Source: Spirochaetaceae bacterium
Lineage (GTDB): Bacteria; Spirochaetota; Spirochaetia; DSM-2461
Assembly (NCBI GenBank): GCA_965224705.1
Contig: OZ245056.1
Location: 2,144,001-2,208,000, forward strand
Direction of reading: 5' to 3'
Length of the DNA: 64,000 bases
The position numbers and the translations under genes are program-made. The notes below the pieces were generated by a model that saw only the letters and a program-made list of their open reading frames with translations, searched no databases and was not told where the DNA came from. Positions 40,729 to 50,878 of the stretch are shown here, one piece after another; position 1 is the first letter of the stretch; every line of letters starts with the position of its first letter.

Positions 40729-41085
40729 ATGCCAAGAGCAATTGACGGCACTCGCCGCAAAAACCGCCGAAAGAAAATACTTGACCAGGCAAAGGGTTAT
40801 TGGGGAAGACGCAGTAAACTCATGCGTACAGCAAAGGATGCAGTACGCAAAGCCGGTCAATATGCATACCGGGACCGCAAAGTTCGAAAGCGGGAATTCA
40901 GACGGTTATGGATTGCCCGGATTTCTGCTGCCACCCGAAGTGAAGGACTTTCGTATTCTCTGTTCATGAATGGTTTAAGTAAAGCTGGTATTGTGCTGAA
41001 CAGAAAAACTTTGTCAAATATGGCCATTGAGAGTCCGAGTTCATTTAAAGCCCTGGTGGAAACAGCCAGGAAAAGTCTCGAATAA
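40729..41085 (+). CDS. rplT: 50S ribosomal protein L20
   Basis: AKGYWGRRS, YAYRDRK.RKREFRRLWIARI, LNRK.LSNMAI. Confidence 0.98.
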   Translation: MPRAIDGTRRKNRRKKILDQAKGYWGRRSKLMRTAKDAVRKAGQYAYRDRKVRKREFRRLWIARISAATRSEGLSYSLFMNGLSKAGIVLNRKTLSNMAIESPSSFKALVETARKSLE

Positions 41086-41098
41086 CAGGAGGAAGACC

Positions 41099-41503
41099 AT
41101 GATCAGTCTGGATCAAGTTCGACAATTGGAAACACGCATAAAAAAAATAGTTGATTTTGTAAAAGCATTGAGTGCGGAAAATGAGACGAATAAACGGCGG
41201 GTGGAGGAACTTGAAGCTGATTTGGATAAGCTGCGCAGTGAAGCGATGAAGCATCAGGCCGATGAGGAAAAGCTGGAGGCCAGCTTCCAGGGAGTCATTA
41301 ACATACTGGATGAGGTTGAAGAAACGACAGCAGGATTCGAGTCTCCAGTATCCGATGAAGAAGATACTGCAAATAATCTGCCGGAACCTGTGCTCGAAGA
41401 AACAGAAAAAACACCATTGGAATCTGATACTGAACAGATTTCAGAGGAAATTGCTGAAAACACAGGTGAAGATGATGAACAGTCCATGTTTGATATATTC
41501 TGA
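41099..41503 (+). CDS. zapB: ZapB-like coiled-coil cell division protein
   Basis: MISLDQVRQLE.RI coiled coil with acidic tail, upstream of zapA; AGGAGG RBS. Confidence 0.65.
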   Translation: MISLDQVRQLETRIKKIVDFVKALSAENETNKRRVEELEADLDKLRSEAMKHQADEEKLEASFQGVINILDEVEETTAGFESPVSDEEDTANNLPEPVLEETEKTPLESDTEQISEEIAENTGEDDEQSMFDIF

Positions 41504-41814
41504 TGGCTGGTATAAATCAACTCACAATAAAACTGCTTGGAACTTCTATCTCCATTCGGTCCCGTGAAGAACAGGATTATCTTAACCGGGTCTTACAGTA
41601 TCTTGAGAATAAGGTGGAAGAGACGAAAAAGCAGGTCAAAATAGACGATCCGCTTAAAATTGCCATTCTTACAAATGTATATATTATCGATGAATTGTTT
41701 CGAGCTGAGGGTCAGGATGATCATGACTCTTCAATCCCGGAGACTGAGTCAGAAGAGATGGAGCGTATCACATTAAAAATGATAACAGATATTGATGAGT
41801 TGATCGGAATGTAG
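41503..41814 (+). CDS. zapA: Cell division protein ZapA
   Basis: I.LLGT...I.S.E...YL..V..Y...K...DPLKIAIL...I.DEL. Confidence 0.85.
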   Translation: MAGINQLTIKLLGTSISIRSREEQDYLNRVLQYLENKVEETKKQVKIDDPLKIAILTNVYIIDELFRAEGQDDHDSSIPETESEEMERITLKMITDIDELIGM

Positions 41815-41862
41815 CCGCCATTGTGATTGACTAAACTCAAATCAATCCTTACATTGTTTTAA

Positions 41863-42672
41863 ATGCCATATCTTTCGAACAGTAGAAATATCAACGAATT
41901 TTATGAATCATACAAGAATATCGAGATATCCTTCACAAAAAATATCTATGAATCTCTTAAACTGGTCCATAATCAGATTTCTCTTAAGACCAAAGAAGGA
42001 CATAAATCCTGTATCCTGTATTCTTCCTCCTGTAGTGGTGCCAAGGTAATTCTTTCAATGTCAAATGATATGGTCCGGTATTTAAGGCGGCATAAAACGG
42101 TTTCGCTGCGGTACAGCTTCTATAAAGACTTCTCTAAAAATGACTTTTTCAGCTTCTTTGTTTCATGCAGTATTACTGACATCACTCAGTATGAAAACAA
42201 GACGGGATTTTACTTTGTTCAACTAGTGTTTACTCAGAGACCGCCAGATGATCTTATTCTGATCCTGGGCAGCCTGCTTGATGCAAAGAAGAATTCATCG
42301 AAAAGACGTGAAGAACGCATAATACTTGATCCTGAAGCATTAAGGCATTTAGAATTGACTACAAATCGTATCACCATTGTTATCGATGGTATCCCTCGGA
42401 ACTGTATATTAAGGGATCTATCATTTGGGGGTGTAAAGGCTATTATTCTCGGCAATCCCAAATATCTCATTGACAAGGAAGCTGTCGTTAATCTGACACT
42501 GACCAATAAATCTCCTATTTCAGTTAAAGGCAGGGTACTTCGTCATGAGCCAGTTGTTGGCCGGAGGGATCTTGTGGCGATTGTTGTACAGTTCAGCGAA
42601 GAAAATCTCTCCTTAGAATACAATATGATGATCAATGAATATCTTACCAGCTTTGGCAAGAAATCGAATTAG
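41863..42672 (+). CDS. PilZ-domain c-di-GMP receptor (spirochaete PlzA-like)
   Basis: RREERI (RxxxR) and DLSFGG (DxSxxG); CILYSSS and FTQRPPDDLI in the N-terminal half. Confidence 0.85.
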   Translation: MPYLSNSRNINEFYESYKNIEISFTKNIYESLKLVHNQISLKTKEGHKSCILYSSSCSGAKVILSMSNDMVRYLRRHKTVSLRYSFYKDFSKNDFFSFFVSCSITDITQYENKTGFYFVQLVFTQRPPDDLILILGSLLDAKKNSSKRREERIILDPEALRHLELTTNRITIVIDGIPRNCILRDLSFGGVKAIILGNPKYLIDKEAVVNLTLTNKSPISVKGRVLRHEPVVGRRDLVAIVVQFSEENLSLEYNMMINEYLTSFGKKSN

Positions 42673-42716
42673 ACTACGCATGACAGGTTGAAAACAAATG
42701 TTCATTCAGAATAAAT

Positions 42717-44159
42717 ATGGAATACACTCCGCTTCTAACCGATCTTTATGAACTGACGATGACTCAGGGCTACTTCCTAGAAAACAAGGATACCCCGGTT
42801 GTTTTTGAGATGTTTTTTCGCCGCCCCCCCTTTAATGGAGGGTTTTCTGTATTTGCAGGACTTGAAGAACTTCTAATCAGACTGGAATATCTAAGGTTTC
42901 GGGAAGAGGATCTTGTCTATCTTCGGAGCCTGGGTATTTTCAAGAATGAATTCCTTTCTTTTCTCCGACAGTATCAATTTTCCGGTGACCTCTACTCCAT
43001 GGATGAAGGCTCCATCGTTTTTCCCGGGGAACCAATTCTCCAGGTTCATACAACTATGATCGAGGCCCAGTTGATCGAAAGTCTCCTGCTGAATCAGGTG
43101 AATTTTCAAACCCTCATCGCAACAAAGGCCGCACGGATTTATAACGCTTCCGGTGAGGGGAAGATCCTGGAATTTGGTTTAAGGCGTGCCCAGGGAATTA
43201 ACGGTGCTCTTTCGGCCTCACGGGCTGCCTATATCGGTGGATGTTCTGCTACATCCAACACTCTGGCGGGTTTGAAGTATGGAATACCTGTATCGGGAAC
43301 AATGGCCCATTCATGGGTAATGGCTTTTGACAGTGAACTGGAAGCATTCAGGGCATACGCTGAAATATATCCCGATAAGACTGTGCTTCTTCTTGATACA
43401 TACGATACTTTGGGTAGTGGTATTAAAAATGCAATTATTGTAGGAAAGGAACTTAAAAAGAGGGGGAAGAACATTGGAGTTCGCCTTGATTCAGGAGATC
43501 TCCAGTATCTGAGTATCAAAGTCCGGGAAAAACTGGATGCGGCAGGCTTGGAAGATGCTTATATCTGTGCTTCCAATGACTTAACTGAAGAAATCATATG
43601 GCAGCTAAGAACGAATAATGCTCCGGTCGATATCTGGGGCATCGGTACCCAACTGGTCACAGGAGGGCCGGATGCGTCCCTCACCGGAGTGTATAAAATG
43701 ACAGCAAGACAGGTAGGAAACTCCCTGAAACCCGTCATCAAGCTTTCTAACAATCCCGAAAAGATCACCAATCCTGGTGTAAAACAGGTGTATCGATTCC
43801 AGGATGACCGGGGAGTATTCCTGGGAGATCTTATCTGTCTGGAGGATGAGAACATAGGTAAAGGTCATGCGATCAATTTCAATCATCCCATGTTTCGGAA
43901 CAGTTACTCCCTGCTGAAACAGTATGACTCATACGAACCACTTCTCAAGAAACGGATCAGTGGCGGTCGAATGAAGTCCACACCTCCCACACTGGAAGAG
44001 ATAAGGGGCAGGGTCATCGAAGGTATGCACAGGCTGGATGATTCCCATAAACGGTTATTGAATCCCCATATCTATAAAGTCTCTATTTCCAATAAACTCA
44101 GGGATCTCAAATTCAACCTTGTTGATGAACGTATGAATCAGGGTAATCGAAAACTGTGA
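42717..44159 (+). CDS. pncB: Nicotinate phosphoribosyltransferase
   Basis: LLTDLYELTM, EFGLRRAQG, GTMAHSW, LLDTYD, GVRLDSGD, KLSNN.EK.TNPG. Confidence 0.96.
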   Translation: MEYTPLLTDLYELTMTQGYFLENKDTPVVFEMFFRRPPFNGGFSVFAGLEELLIRLEYLRFREEDLVYLRSLGIFKNEFLSFLRQYQFSGDLYSMDEGSIVFPGEPILQVHTTMIEAQLIESLLLNQVNFQTLIATKAARIYNASGEGKILEFGLRRAQGINGALSASRAAYIGGCSATSNTLAGLKYGIPVSGTMAHSWVMAFDSELEAFRAYAEIYPDKTVLLLDTYDTLGSGIKNAIIVGKELKKRGKNIGVRLDSGDLQYLSIKVREKLDAAGLEDAYICASNDLTEEIIWQLRTNNAPVDIWGIGTQLVTGGPDASLTGVYKMTARQVGNSLKPVIKLSNNPEKITNPGVKQVYRFQDDRGVFLGDLICLEDENIGKGHAINFNHPMFRNSYSLLKQYDSYEPLLKKRISGGRMKSTPPTLEEIRGRVIEGMHRLDDSHKRLLNPHIYKVSISNKLRDLKFNLVDERMNQGNRKL

Positions 44160-44289
44160 TGTAAGAGGCCCTGGCGAAGAATCCACTATGGTTGGGGCAA
44201 GTTCTATAAATGAAACCGGTAAGCTGTAAAACTCTGACTGATACTCTGAAACTGTTGTATGGGTGAAGAAATCGGAGTATAATCATCTC

Positions 44290-45336
44290 ATGGAATATAG
44301 AAAATTAGGAAATACCTCCATTGAGGTGAGCAAAATATGCCTGGGCAGTATGACATGGGGTTGCCAAAACACAGAAAAAGATGCCCACGAGCAGATGGAT
44401 TATGCCTTCTCCCAGGGTGTGAACTTCATTGATACAGCAGAAATATACGCTGTACCACCGAGTGAGAAAACTTATGGCCTTACTGAACAATACATTGGCA
44501 ATTATCTTAAAAAACATCCTGAGTTGAGGAAAAACCTTGTACTGGCAACCAAAATGGCAGGTCCCGGGGCAGAGTACATACGGAACGGAGAAGGATTCAC
44601 ACCACCTGTCAACATTGAAAAAGCCGTACAGGGCAGTTTGAAACGACTTAAAACTGACTACATTGATCTGTATCAACTCCACTGGACTCAACGTATGACT
44701 CCCCGTTTTGGCGCCCTGGATTATCATGCGAACTGGTTCAAGCAGGATGATAAACTGGCTGAAACCCTTGGAACTCTGGGAAAGTTGAAAGAGAAAGGTT
44801 TGATTCGTGAAGTGGGATTATCCAATGAACATCCCTGGGGGGTTATGCATTGCCTGAGACTCCATGACCAGGACTCCCAAATTCCTCAGGTACAATCGGT
44901 ACAAAATGTCTATAATCTGGTCAGCAGGGTTGTTGATATAGCACTTGCAGAAGTACTGGTGAGAGAAAGTATCAGTCTGCTCCCATATTCTCCACTGGCG
45001 GGTGGATTACTCTCAGGGAAGTATCAGGGAGGGAAGCAACCTGCAGGAGCAAGATTCAGTACCTGGGGAAAAGATAGAATGACCCGATACATAAACAGCA
45101 AAACAGATAAGGCTGTCAATGCCTATGTTGACCTGGCCCACAGCCAGCAACTGACTCCAGCCCAAATGGCCCTGTCATTTGTAAACGAAAGGGTGTTTGT
45201 GACAAGCAGTATCATCGGGGCAACGACCATGGATCAGCTTAAAGAATGCATCGCATCCGAATCTGTAAAACTGAATCAAGAGACAATTGATTCAATTGAG
45301 AAGATTCACCTGAGCAGTCCTAATTCCTCTGTCTAG
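44290..45336 (+). CDS. Aldo/keto reductase (Tas-like)
   Basis: CLGSMTWG, FIDTAEIY, YIDLYQLHW, GLSNE, YSPLAGG.LSGKY, IIGAT. Confidence 0.93.
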   Translation: MEYRKLGNTSIEVSKICLGSMTWGCQNTEKDAHEQMDYAFSQGVNFIDTAEIYAVPPSEKTYGLTEQYIGNYLKKHPELRKNLVLATKMAGPGAEYIRNGEGFTPPVNIEKAVQGSLKRLKTDYIDLYQLHWTQRMTPRFGALDYHANWFKQDDKLAETLGTLGKLKEKGLIREVGLSNEHPWGVMHCLRLHDQDSQIPQVQSVQNVYNLVSRVVDIALAEVLVRESISLLPYSPLAGGLLSGKYQGGKQPAGARFSTWGKDRMTRYINSKTDKAVNAYVDLAHSQQLTPAQMALSFVNERVFVTSSIIGATTMDQLKECIASESVKLNQETIDSIEKIHLSSPNSSV

Positions 45337-45576
45337 GAGTCTATCGGACTTTAAGACTTCAAGGCGATTTTCGGTGATTTTTTCCTGATACAGGGCGGCA
45401 AAAACTTAAGCGCAACTGGGCTGGTGAGTATTTGGGCAGCGCAGCTCGCATACCGAAGAGAGTGCAGAGCGATGGCGGCAAAAACGAACGAAGGCGGCTC
45501 TCCAGAAGCAAGCAGGAGGCTTGCTTCTGGAGAGAAGGGCAAAAATCGAGCCGTGAGACGTGAGTCCGACAGGCTC
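45337..45576. mobile_element. 240-bp MITE, family 1 (long form), inserted at the reductase stop codon (CTAG)
   Basis: GAGTCTATCGGACTT ... AGTCCGACAGGCTC; internal 15-bp hairpin TCTCCAGAAGCAAGC / GCTTGCTTCTGGAGA. Confidence 0.82.
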
Positions 45577-45590
45577 CTGAGGAGAATTTA

Positions 45591-46022
45591 ATGCTGAGAA
45601 ACATCGATCCGATTATCTCGCCAGAGCTTCTGAATGTACTTTTCAGGATGGGACATGGGGATGAAATCGTTCTCGCCGATGCCTTCTTCCCTGGAGACTC
45701 AATGGGTAAGAGAGTGGTACGAGCCGACGGTATCACGGTGCCCCGTCTACTGGAGGGTATCATACCTCTGATCACGCTGGATTCTTACGCCGAGACCCCT
45801 CTCTTCATGATGGAGCCGGTGCCTGGAGATAAGCGCGACATGGGAGTAGAAGAATCCTACCGGGCGGTGATAGATAAAACCTGGCCAAACACGCCGCCGG
45901 TCGCCCTCGTTGAACGTTTTGCTTTCTACGCTCAAGCCAGAGAAGCTTACGCCGTGGTGATGACTGGGGAAGTGAGGAAGTACGGGAACCTCATCCTCAA
46001 GAAGGGTGTGATCAATCGTTAG
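45591..46022 (+). CDS. RbsD/FucU-family sugar mutarotase
   Basis: SPELL..L..MGHGDEIVLADA.FP, ERFAFY, TGE.R.YGNLILKKGV. Confidence 0.93.
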   Translation: MLRNIDPIISPELLNVLFRMGHGDEIVLADAFFPGDSMGKRVVRADGITVPRLLEGIIPLITLDSYAETPLFMMEPVPGDKRDMGVEESYRAVIDKTWPNTPPVALVERFAFYAQAREAYAVVMTGEVRKYGNLILKKGVINR

Positions 46023-46032
46023 TTCTCAATCA

Positions 46033-46923
46033 ATGACTGTGACGATGAATCTGGAGACCATTCTTCTACAGCTTTTTGGTGACGGGGGCCGCATCGTGTC
46101 ACGGCGGTCCGTGAGCGGCGGCGATATCAATGCCGCCGCCCAGTTAACCCTTGCGGAGGGCCGGGAAGTTTTCATCAAAGAAAACCGTGCCGACCTCGAA
46201 AACATGTTCATCGCGGAACCCCTCGGTCTGCGGGCACTCGGGGAAGTGTCAAAGAGATCCTCTTCACCGCCAGTCCCGGAAGTCCTCGCGTGGGGACAGG
46301 ACGGGATGCGCGCTTTCCTTCTTCTCCAGTCGATTCCGACCGGGAAACTGAAGTCCGGGGAAGATTTCGGCAGAGCAATGGCCGCCCTTCATCGGGAGGC
46401 CCGCCGGGACGAGTGCGGTTTCGATTCGGATAACTGGATAGGCTCTACGGTCCAGATAAACAAGGCCCATGCCTCCTGGCTTGATTTCTTCCGGGACAGG
46501 CGTCTTGGCAAGCAGTGGGCACTCCTGCGGAGAAACGGGTTCGGCGACACCCGGTCGGAGAAAGATATGCAATCCCTCCTCAAGCATCTTCCAGAGCTTC
46601 TGCCGGATGTGGATGACGGCAGGCCAAGCCTGCTTCATGGTGACCTCTGGGGCGGGAACTGGCTGGCAGGCCAGGATGGCCGAGCCTGGCTAATCGACCC
46701 CGCGGTGTATTACGGCCACCGAGAAGCGGACATAGCGATGACTCAGCTCTTCGGTGGTTTCCCGCCGGGTTTCTACCGGGCCTATGCCGAGACCTGGCCG
46801 ATGCAGGCGGGATTCGCCGAACGGCGAGACATCTACAATCTTTACCACTTACTCAATCATGTGAACCTTTTCGGCTCGGGTTACTGGATGGGGGCAAAAG
46901 ACATAATTCAACGCTACGCTTAA
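46033..46923 (+). CDS. Fructosamine kinase family protein
   Basis: VSGGDIN, DNWIG, PSLLHGDLWGGN, LIDPAVYYGHREADIAM, YNLYHLLNH. Confidence 0.94.
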   Translation: MTVTMNLETILLQLFGDGGRIVSRRSVSGGDINAAAQLTLAEGREVFIKENRADLENMFIAEPLGLRALGEVSKRSSSPPVPEVLAWGQDGMRAFLLLQSIPTGKLKSGEDFGRAMAALHREARRDECGFDSDNWIGSTVQINKAHASWLDFFRDRRLGKQWALLRRNGFGDTRSEKDMQSLLKHLPELLPDVDDGRPSLLHGDLWGGNWLAGQDGRAWLIDPAVYYGHREADIAMTQLFGGFPPGFYRAYAETWPMQAGFAERRDIYNLYHLLNHVNLFGSGYWMGAKDIIQRYA

Positions 46924-47004
46924 ACAGTGATGATCTGGAATATAAGATTGGGAAGGGAAATTTCCCCAATGTCGCAAACTTTGTCACAAATATGTCGTAA
47001 ACTT

Positions 47005-48042
47005 CTATAGCTCTATTTTCAGCCGATATTTCTGATGGTGAGTAGCCCCTTCTCCTTCAATTAACCCCTTCTCCAACAGATCTTTCAGATCCCTCTGCAA
47101 ACTGCGCCGGGTTACACCGGGGCAGATTTCCTCATAGTCCTGGATTGTCAGATTTCCCTTTTCAAGGAGATAATCCAACACCTTTATCTGGCGGTCGTTC
47201 AGAGAATGTTTACTCTTTAAAATATCTCGCTTGATGACCCACGCGCCTCTGTTTTTCACCTCAATCATCTGGGTTTCCAGACCGACACAGTAATACTCCA
47301 GCCATCCGGTCATATCCATACCCTCTTCCCGGACGCTCTGGATGGCACGGTAAAAGGCGGGTCGATTCCGATCGTAGTACTCGCTGATAGTGAAAAGCCG
47401 CTTAAAGTCGTAACCGGCCCGGTAGAGGTAAAGGGTGGAAAGTAGTCGGGAGGTTCTCCCGTTACCATCGAGAAATGGGTGGACGTGAACCAGTTGAAAC
47501 TGGGCGATACCGCTTTTCAGGATGGGATGGGTTCCGTTTTGGATATTGAGCCACTCTACCAGTTCCGCCATCATAATTGGCACGTCGTGGGCTGGCGGCG
47601 GTGTGTAGAGGATTGCTCCGGTTGCGGCATTGGCAACGTAGTTTTGCACTTTGCGATAGTTGCCCGGATCGGCGGAGCCGCCTCTGACACCTTCGACCAG
47701 CTTCTTGTGGATTTCGCGGATCATTCCCTCGGAGATGGGGTATCCTGTTTCAAGGGATTCGGAGACGAACTGAAAGGCATCCCGATAGTTGAGGAGTTCC
47801 CGCTTATCGTCGGGATCAACCTCCGGGAGGTTTTCACCCCGGAGCAGCTTTTCCGATTGGTCTATCGTGAGCTGAGTTCCCTCGATATGGGTGGTGTGGT
47901 GAGCTTCAAGAAGCAGGGCGCGGTCGCTCATCTCTTTGATCCACTGTTCGGAGAGGGTGGCGGCTTCAAGGAAGCCTCTGGCACGCTCAATCCGGGTGAG
48001 AGCGGCGGCTATGCTGTCTGTTATGGTGTAGGCGGGGTTCAT
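47005..48042 (-). CDS. Fic-family protein with C-terminal HTH
   Basis: [12 protein letters not shown]ic motif; [10 protein letters not shown] inhibitory-type motif; [15 protein letters not shown]; start placed at MNPAYTIT. Confidence 0.92.
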   Translation of the reverse strand: MNPAYTITDSIAAALTRIERARGFLEAATLSEQWIKEMSDRALLLEAHHTTHIEGTQLTIDQSEKLLRGENLPEVDPDDKRELLNYRDAFQFVSESLETGYPISEGMIREIHKKLVEGVRGGSADPGNYRKVQNYVANAATGAILYTPPPAHDVPIMMAELVEWLNIQNGTHPILKSGIAQFQLVHVHPFLDGNGRTSRLLSTLYLYRAGYDFKRLFTISEYYDRNRPAFYRAIQSVREEGMDMTGWLEYYCVGLETQMIEVKNRGAWVIKRDILKSKHSLNDRQIKVLDYLLEKGNLTIQDYEEICPGVTRRSLQRDLKDLLEKGLIEGEGATHHQKYRLKIEL

Positions 48043-48049
48043 GGGGTGT

Positions 48050-48463
48050 TTCTCATCCATCAACACAACCAGATCGTCCATCTCCCGCAGAATAACCGAA
48101 AAGAGGCTCCAGGTACTCATTAAAACGGTGAAAACGAAAATCCGCATCACCCCGTTTGAATATTTTGCTGATATTGAAGAGGAAGAAAAAGTTGCAGTAT
48201 CCTTTGGTTTTGTAGAGGTAGTAGATAGATGCTCCCATCAGCCGGGTTTTGCCGACACCGGTGGCCAGGGTAAAGCAGAGAGAGGGGAAAACCGTATCAA
48301 AGGTGATCTCTTTTTCGGTTATTTCGGCAGCACGGCGGGCCACTTTCTCCGGGGCGGTTTTGCGATAATTGATGCCGTTGCTTACCCGGTGAAGCCGTTC
48401 CTGAGCTTCTGTCTGGGGTTGGCGGAGACTCATCCATTTCTTGATTTGGCCGGGGGTGGTCAT
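48050..48463 (-). pseudogene. Internally deleted remnant of a type III restriction (Res) helicase gene
   Basis: [38 protein letters not shown], then LVVLMDE (Walker B) in another frame. Confidence 0.7.
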
Positions 48464-48883
48464 CTATTGGTCTCCTGCTTCTAATATTTCCGGGGGGAGA
48501 TGGTTACGCACGGTATCTCTCATCTCTTTGGCAAGCGAAACGGCTTGTTTCGCTTCCGCTGTATCAATGGACTCCCAGATACCCGGATATCGAGTCTCCA
48601 CGGCATATCGATTCAAAGGATATAATTTGTTGATAGAGAGAGATGTTTTATCATCAAGAAGGTTAAAGAGAACTATCAGATCATGGGTTCTCGGTACGGT
48701 TTTCTCCTGGAGTGTAAGCAGGGCTTTCAGATATTTTTCAACACACTGCTGGCAATGGAAACAGACGGTATCGGTCGGGCAGTCGCGCTTCATGGTGAGT
48801 ACATACTCGGCGTTGCGCAGATCGTTTTCCGCCTTTTTCACCCATTGCCTCACCAGCGGAATCACTTTACGAGGCTCGTTCAT
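48464..48883 (-). CDS. HEPN-domain protein
   Basis: W..KAE.DL..A, CFHCQQ.VEKYLKALL, PRTHDL..L, YAVETRYPG. Confidence 0.9.
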   Translation of the reverse strand: MNEPRKVIPLVRQWVKKAENDLRNAEYVLTMKRDCPTDTVCFHCQQCVEKYLKALLTLQEKTVPRTHDLIVLFNLLDDKTSLSINKLYPLNRYAVETRYPGIWESIDTAEAKQAVSLAKEMRDTVRNHLPPEILEAGDQ

Positions 48884-49196
48884 AGAGTATCCTTCCTTCG
48901 TGAGCCGCTTCAAAGACCACAGTGCCGATCATCTCCTTTTGTTCCTCGTATTGGTTGGGAGTTATCACGATCAAATCCATCGGAACGGTACGGTCAGAGA
49001 GGGAAAGGTCAATCTCATTGGCTTTGGAACGGCAGGAACCTTGCGCGGGCATGACGATAAGAAGATCGAGGTCGCTGTCGGCGGTGATCACTCCTCTGGC
49101 AAGGGAGCCGAAGAGGATAATTTTATCAGGGTGGAAGTTTTCCACTATGCGGTTTACCGTTTGATCAAGGATGGTTTTCAGTTCGGTTTCAGACAT
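48867..49196 (-). CDS. Minimal nucleotidyltransferase (MNT), partner of HEPN
   Basis: PDKIILFGS.ARG....DSDLDLLIV; overlaps the HEPN start. Confidence 0.9.
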   Translation of the reverse strand: MSETELKTILDQTVNRIVENFHPDKIILFGSLARGVITADSDLDLLIVMPAQGSCRSKANEIDLSLSDRTVPMDLIVITPNQYEEQKEMIGTVVFEAAHEGRILYERAS

Positions 49197-49250
49197 GGGG
49201 GGATTCCCTCCTCAAACTCACACCGCGCCAGCAGACTCCTGGGTATGCGC

Positions 49251-49994
49251 TTAATCTCTATATTCGGCGGCAGGATCAGGTTCTTTGAGTGTCTGGTGCA
49301 GTATATCAGAAGAGCCTCGTCTTCGGCGAGGGCGCGCTGTCTCATTCTCGGCGATCCGCAGAGCAGTGAAGGTCTTCCCGGTACCGCAAGCCATAATCAG
49401 CTTACCTCGTTTTGCATTTTGAAAATGTTGATGGGTTGCTTCAACTGCCTCCGTTTGGTGGGGACGAAGACTCTTCTTCCCGCTCCGGACTTTATCCCCC
49501 GATATCCCGGCGGCAAGAGCTTCCCAATCGAGGGGAGCCGCCTCCAGATGGTAGAGATCAATCCTCTGTACAGGAATCGCTTGATGAGTGATCGCCTCCT
49601 CCGCCTTGCCGCTCCACTTATTGGTTGTTGAGATCACCAGACGATTGGAGAAACCCCTTTCCTGACCGGAATCGTCGTTGAATAGTTTACTCGAAGTGGA
49701 GAGAAAACTGTCCAGAGCCGGTTTATCGACCTGCGCAGTTTCCGCATAGCATTTGCACTGAACCGCCCAGAACTCCTTTTCCGCCGTCAGAGCCACCAGA
49801 TCGATACCGATATCACTACCGCCGAACTGTTTCCGGTAGGGGAACTCCTTCCACAGCCAAACCCTGTCCAGAGTCCCCTCATAGGTAGGGTAGTTATTGA
49901 GAAACGCCTGGGTCAGCCGTTCAAAACGGTCTCCCTTATCCCGCTTGGAGAAGGCTTCTTCTCTGTATTGGTTAATGACGCTTTGGAAATTCAT
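49251..49994 (-). pseudogene. N-terminal fragment of a type ISP-like restriction enzyme (Mrr-like nuclease plus helicase motif I), truncated
   Basis: KGDRFERL, D.GIDLVA, AVQCKCY, DSFLSTS, LRPHQ, RGKLIMACGTGKTFT.L; the frame degenerates right after motif I. Confidence 0.82.
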
Positions 49995-50037
49995 TTTATA
50001 ACTCCTGGGGAGAAGTTGGGGTACTCTCATATAGCTC

Positions 50038-50388
50038 TTGCTGGAGTTCTTGAAAGCGCAGTTCAGAAGGGTATACCTGAATCCGTATAAAAACTCAGTT
50101 AACCCAGAAGGTGAACCTTATGAAGATAGATACTACCACAGAAACTTTAACCCGCATAGAAGAGTAGCACTGGCAGAAAAAGTATTTAAAGAGATTGAAC
50201 TGGATTTCACAGCCCCTGAGAAATGGGTTGATATTAGCCGTGCTATGGGAGAACGTAATGTACCAAGGGAGGGAAATACGGATTCAGGTCCCCCAATACA
50301 TTTTCCTGCCCGAGGGCAGGATGCGCGTGAAGAGCCTGAAATCGGCCCTGAATCTCATTCTCACTCTTTGTCGACAGGGCGGATTTGA
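50038..50388 (+). pseudogene. ORF fragment, possibly a tyrosine-integrase remnant
   Basis: Lies against the tRNA 3' end; the segment ending ERNV resembles the stretch preceding HxxR in spirochaete integrases, but no catalytic motif is retained. Confidence 0.25.
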
Positions 50389-50443
50389 ACCCCCGACCCC
50401 ATGTCCCCCAGACATGTACGCTAAACCCCTGCGCTACAGCCCG
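50371..50443 (-). tRNA. tRNA-Pro(GGG) with degenerate 3' end (probable pseudo-tRNA or att scar)
   Basis: CGGGCTG-TA-GCGC D arm, CATGT-CTGGGGG-ACATG anticodon arm, GGGGG-TTCAAAT; the 3' part CCGCC-CTGTCGA mispairs. Confidence 0.8.
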
Positions 50444-50529
50444 ATGTCCTATAGACCGGGAGAGTTTTGCTCCTTCCGGCAGACATGTTAACGGGCTAAC
50501 CCAAAAAAGAGGGCCGATGCATTGCCCAG

Positions 50530-50570
50530 AAGTCTGTCGGACTAACGCCTCACGGCTCGATTTTTACTCC
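50530..50570 (-). repeat. Right-end fragment of MITE family 1
   Basis: aagtctgtcggactaacgcctcacggctcgattttt is the reverse complement of the family-1 right end. Confidence 0.75.
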
Positions 50571-50582
50571 TTTCCTCTGCTG

Positions 50583-50809
50583 ATGAAGAACGCGGCAAAA
50601 ATGATACGCCAACACAAGCCCCTGATACTCAACTGGTTCAAGGCAGAAAATGACCCTCAAGCGTGTTGTTGAGGGATTAAATAACCAAATAAAAGTCACT
50701 GTCAAAATCTTATGGTTTTAGAACCTTTCATGTTCTGCAAATCGCTTTATTTCATGATTGAGCCAAGCTTCCGATTCCTCCTCCTACCCACACATTCTGA
50801 CAGGAATCC
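50583..50809 (+). pseudogene. 3' remnant of an ISL3-family transposase
   Basis: A.MIR.H.PLILNWF, VVEGLNN.IK, SYGFRTF, LP.P..THTF*, in shifted frames. Confidence 0.75.
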
Positions 50810-50878
50810 GATTTTTACTTGCTGTTTGATAAACCGGATTTTGGTGTCGACATGGGACTCCTCTTCATGATTCTTATG

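Noticed and set aside
41815..41862. 6S RNA downstream of zapA
   Set aside because: Only 48 bp of intergenic space.
44160..44262. Possible small riboswitch before the aldo/keto reductase
   Set aside because: Only a vague resemblance to the fluoride motif, with no supporting stems.
48043..48150. N-terminal extension of the Fic ORF in the ORF track
   Set aside because: Derived from the type III Res remnant (LVVLMDE); the Fic-like sequence begins at about MNPAYTIT.
48441..49631. 396-aa plus-strand ORF
   Set aside because: Antisense shadow of the HEPN, MNT and nuclease-helicase genes, which carry clear motifs; it has none itself.
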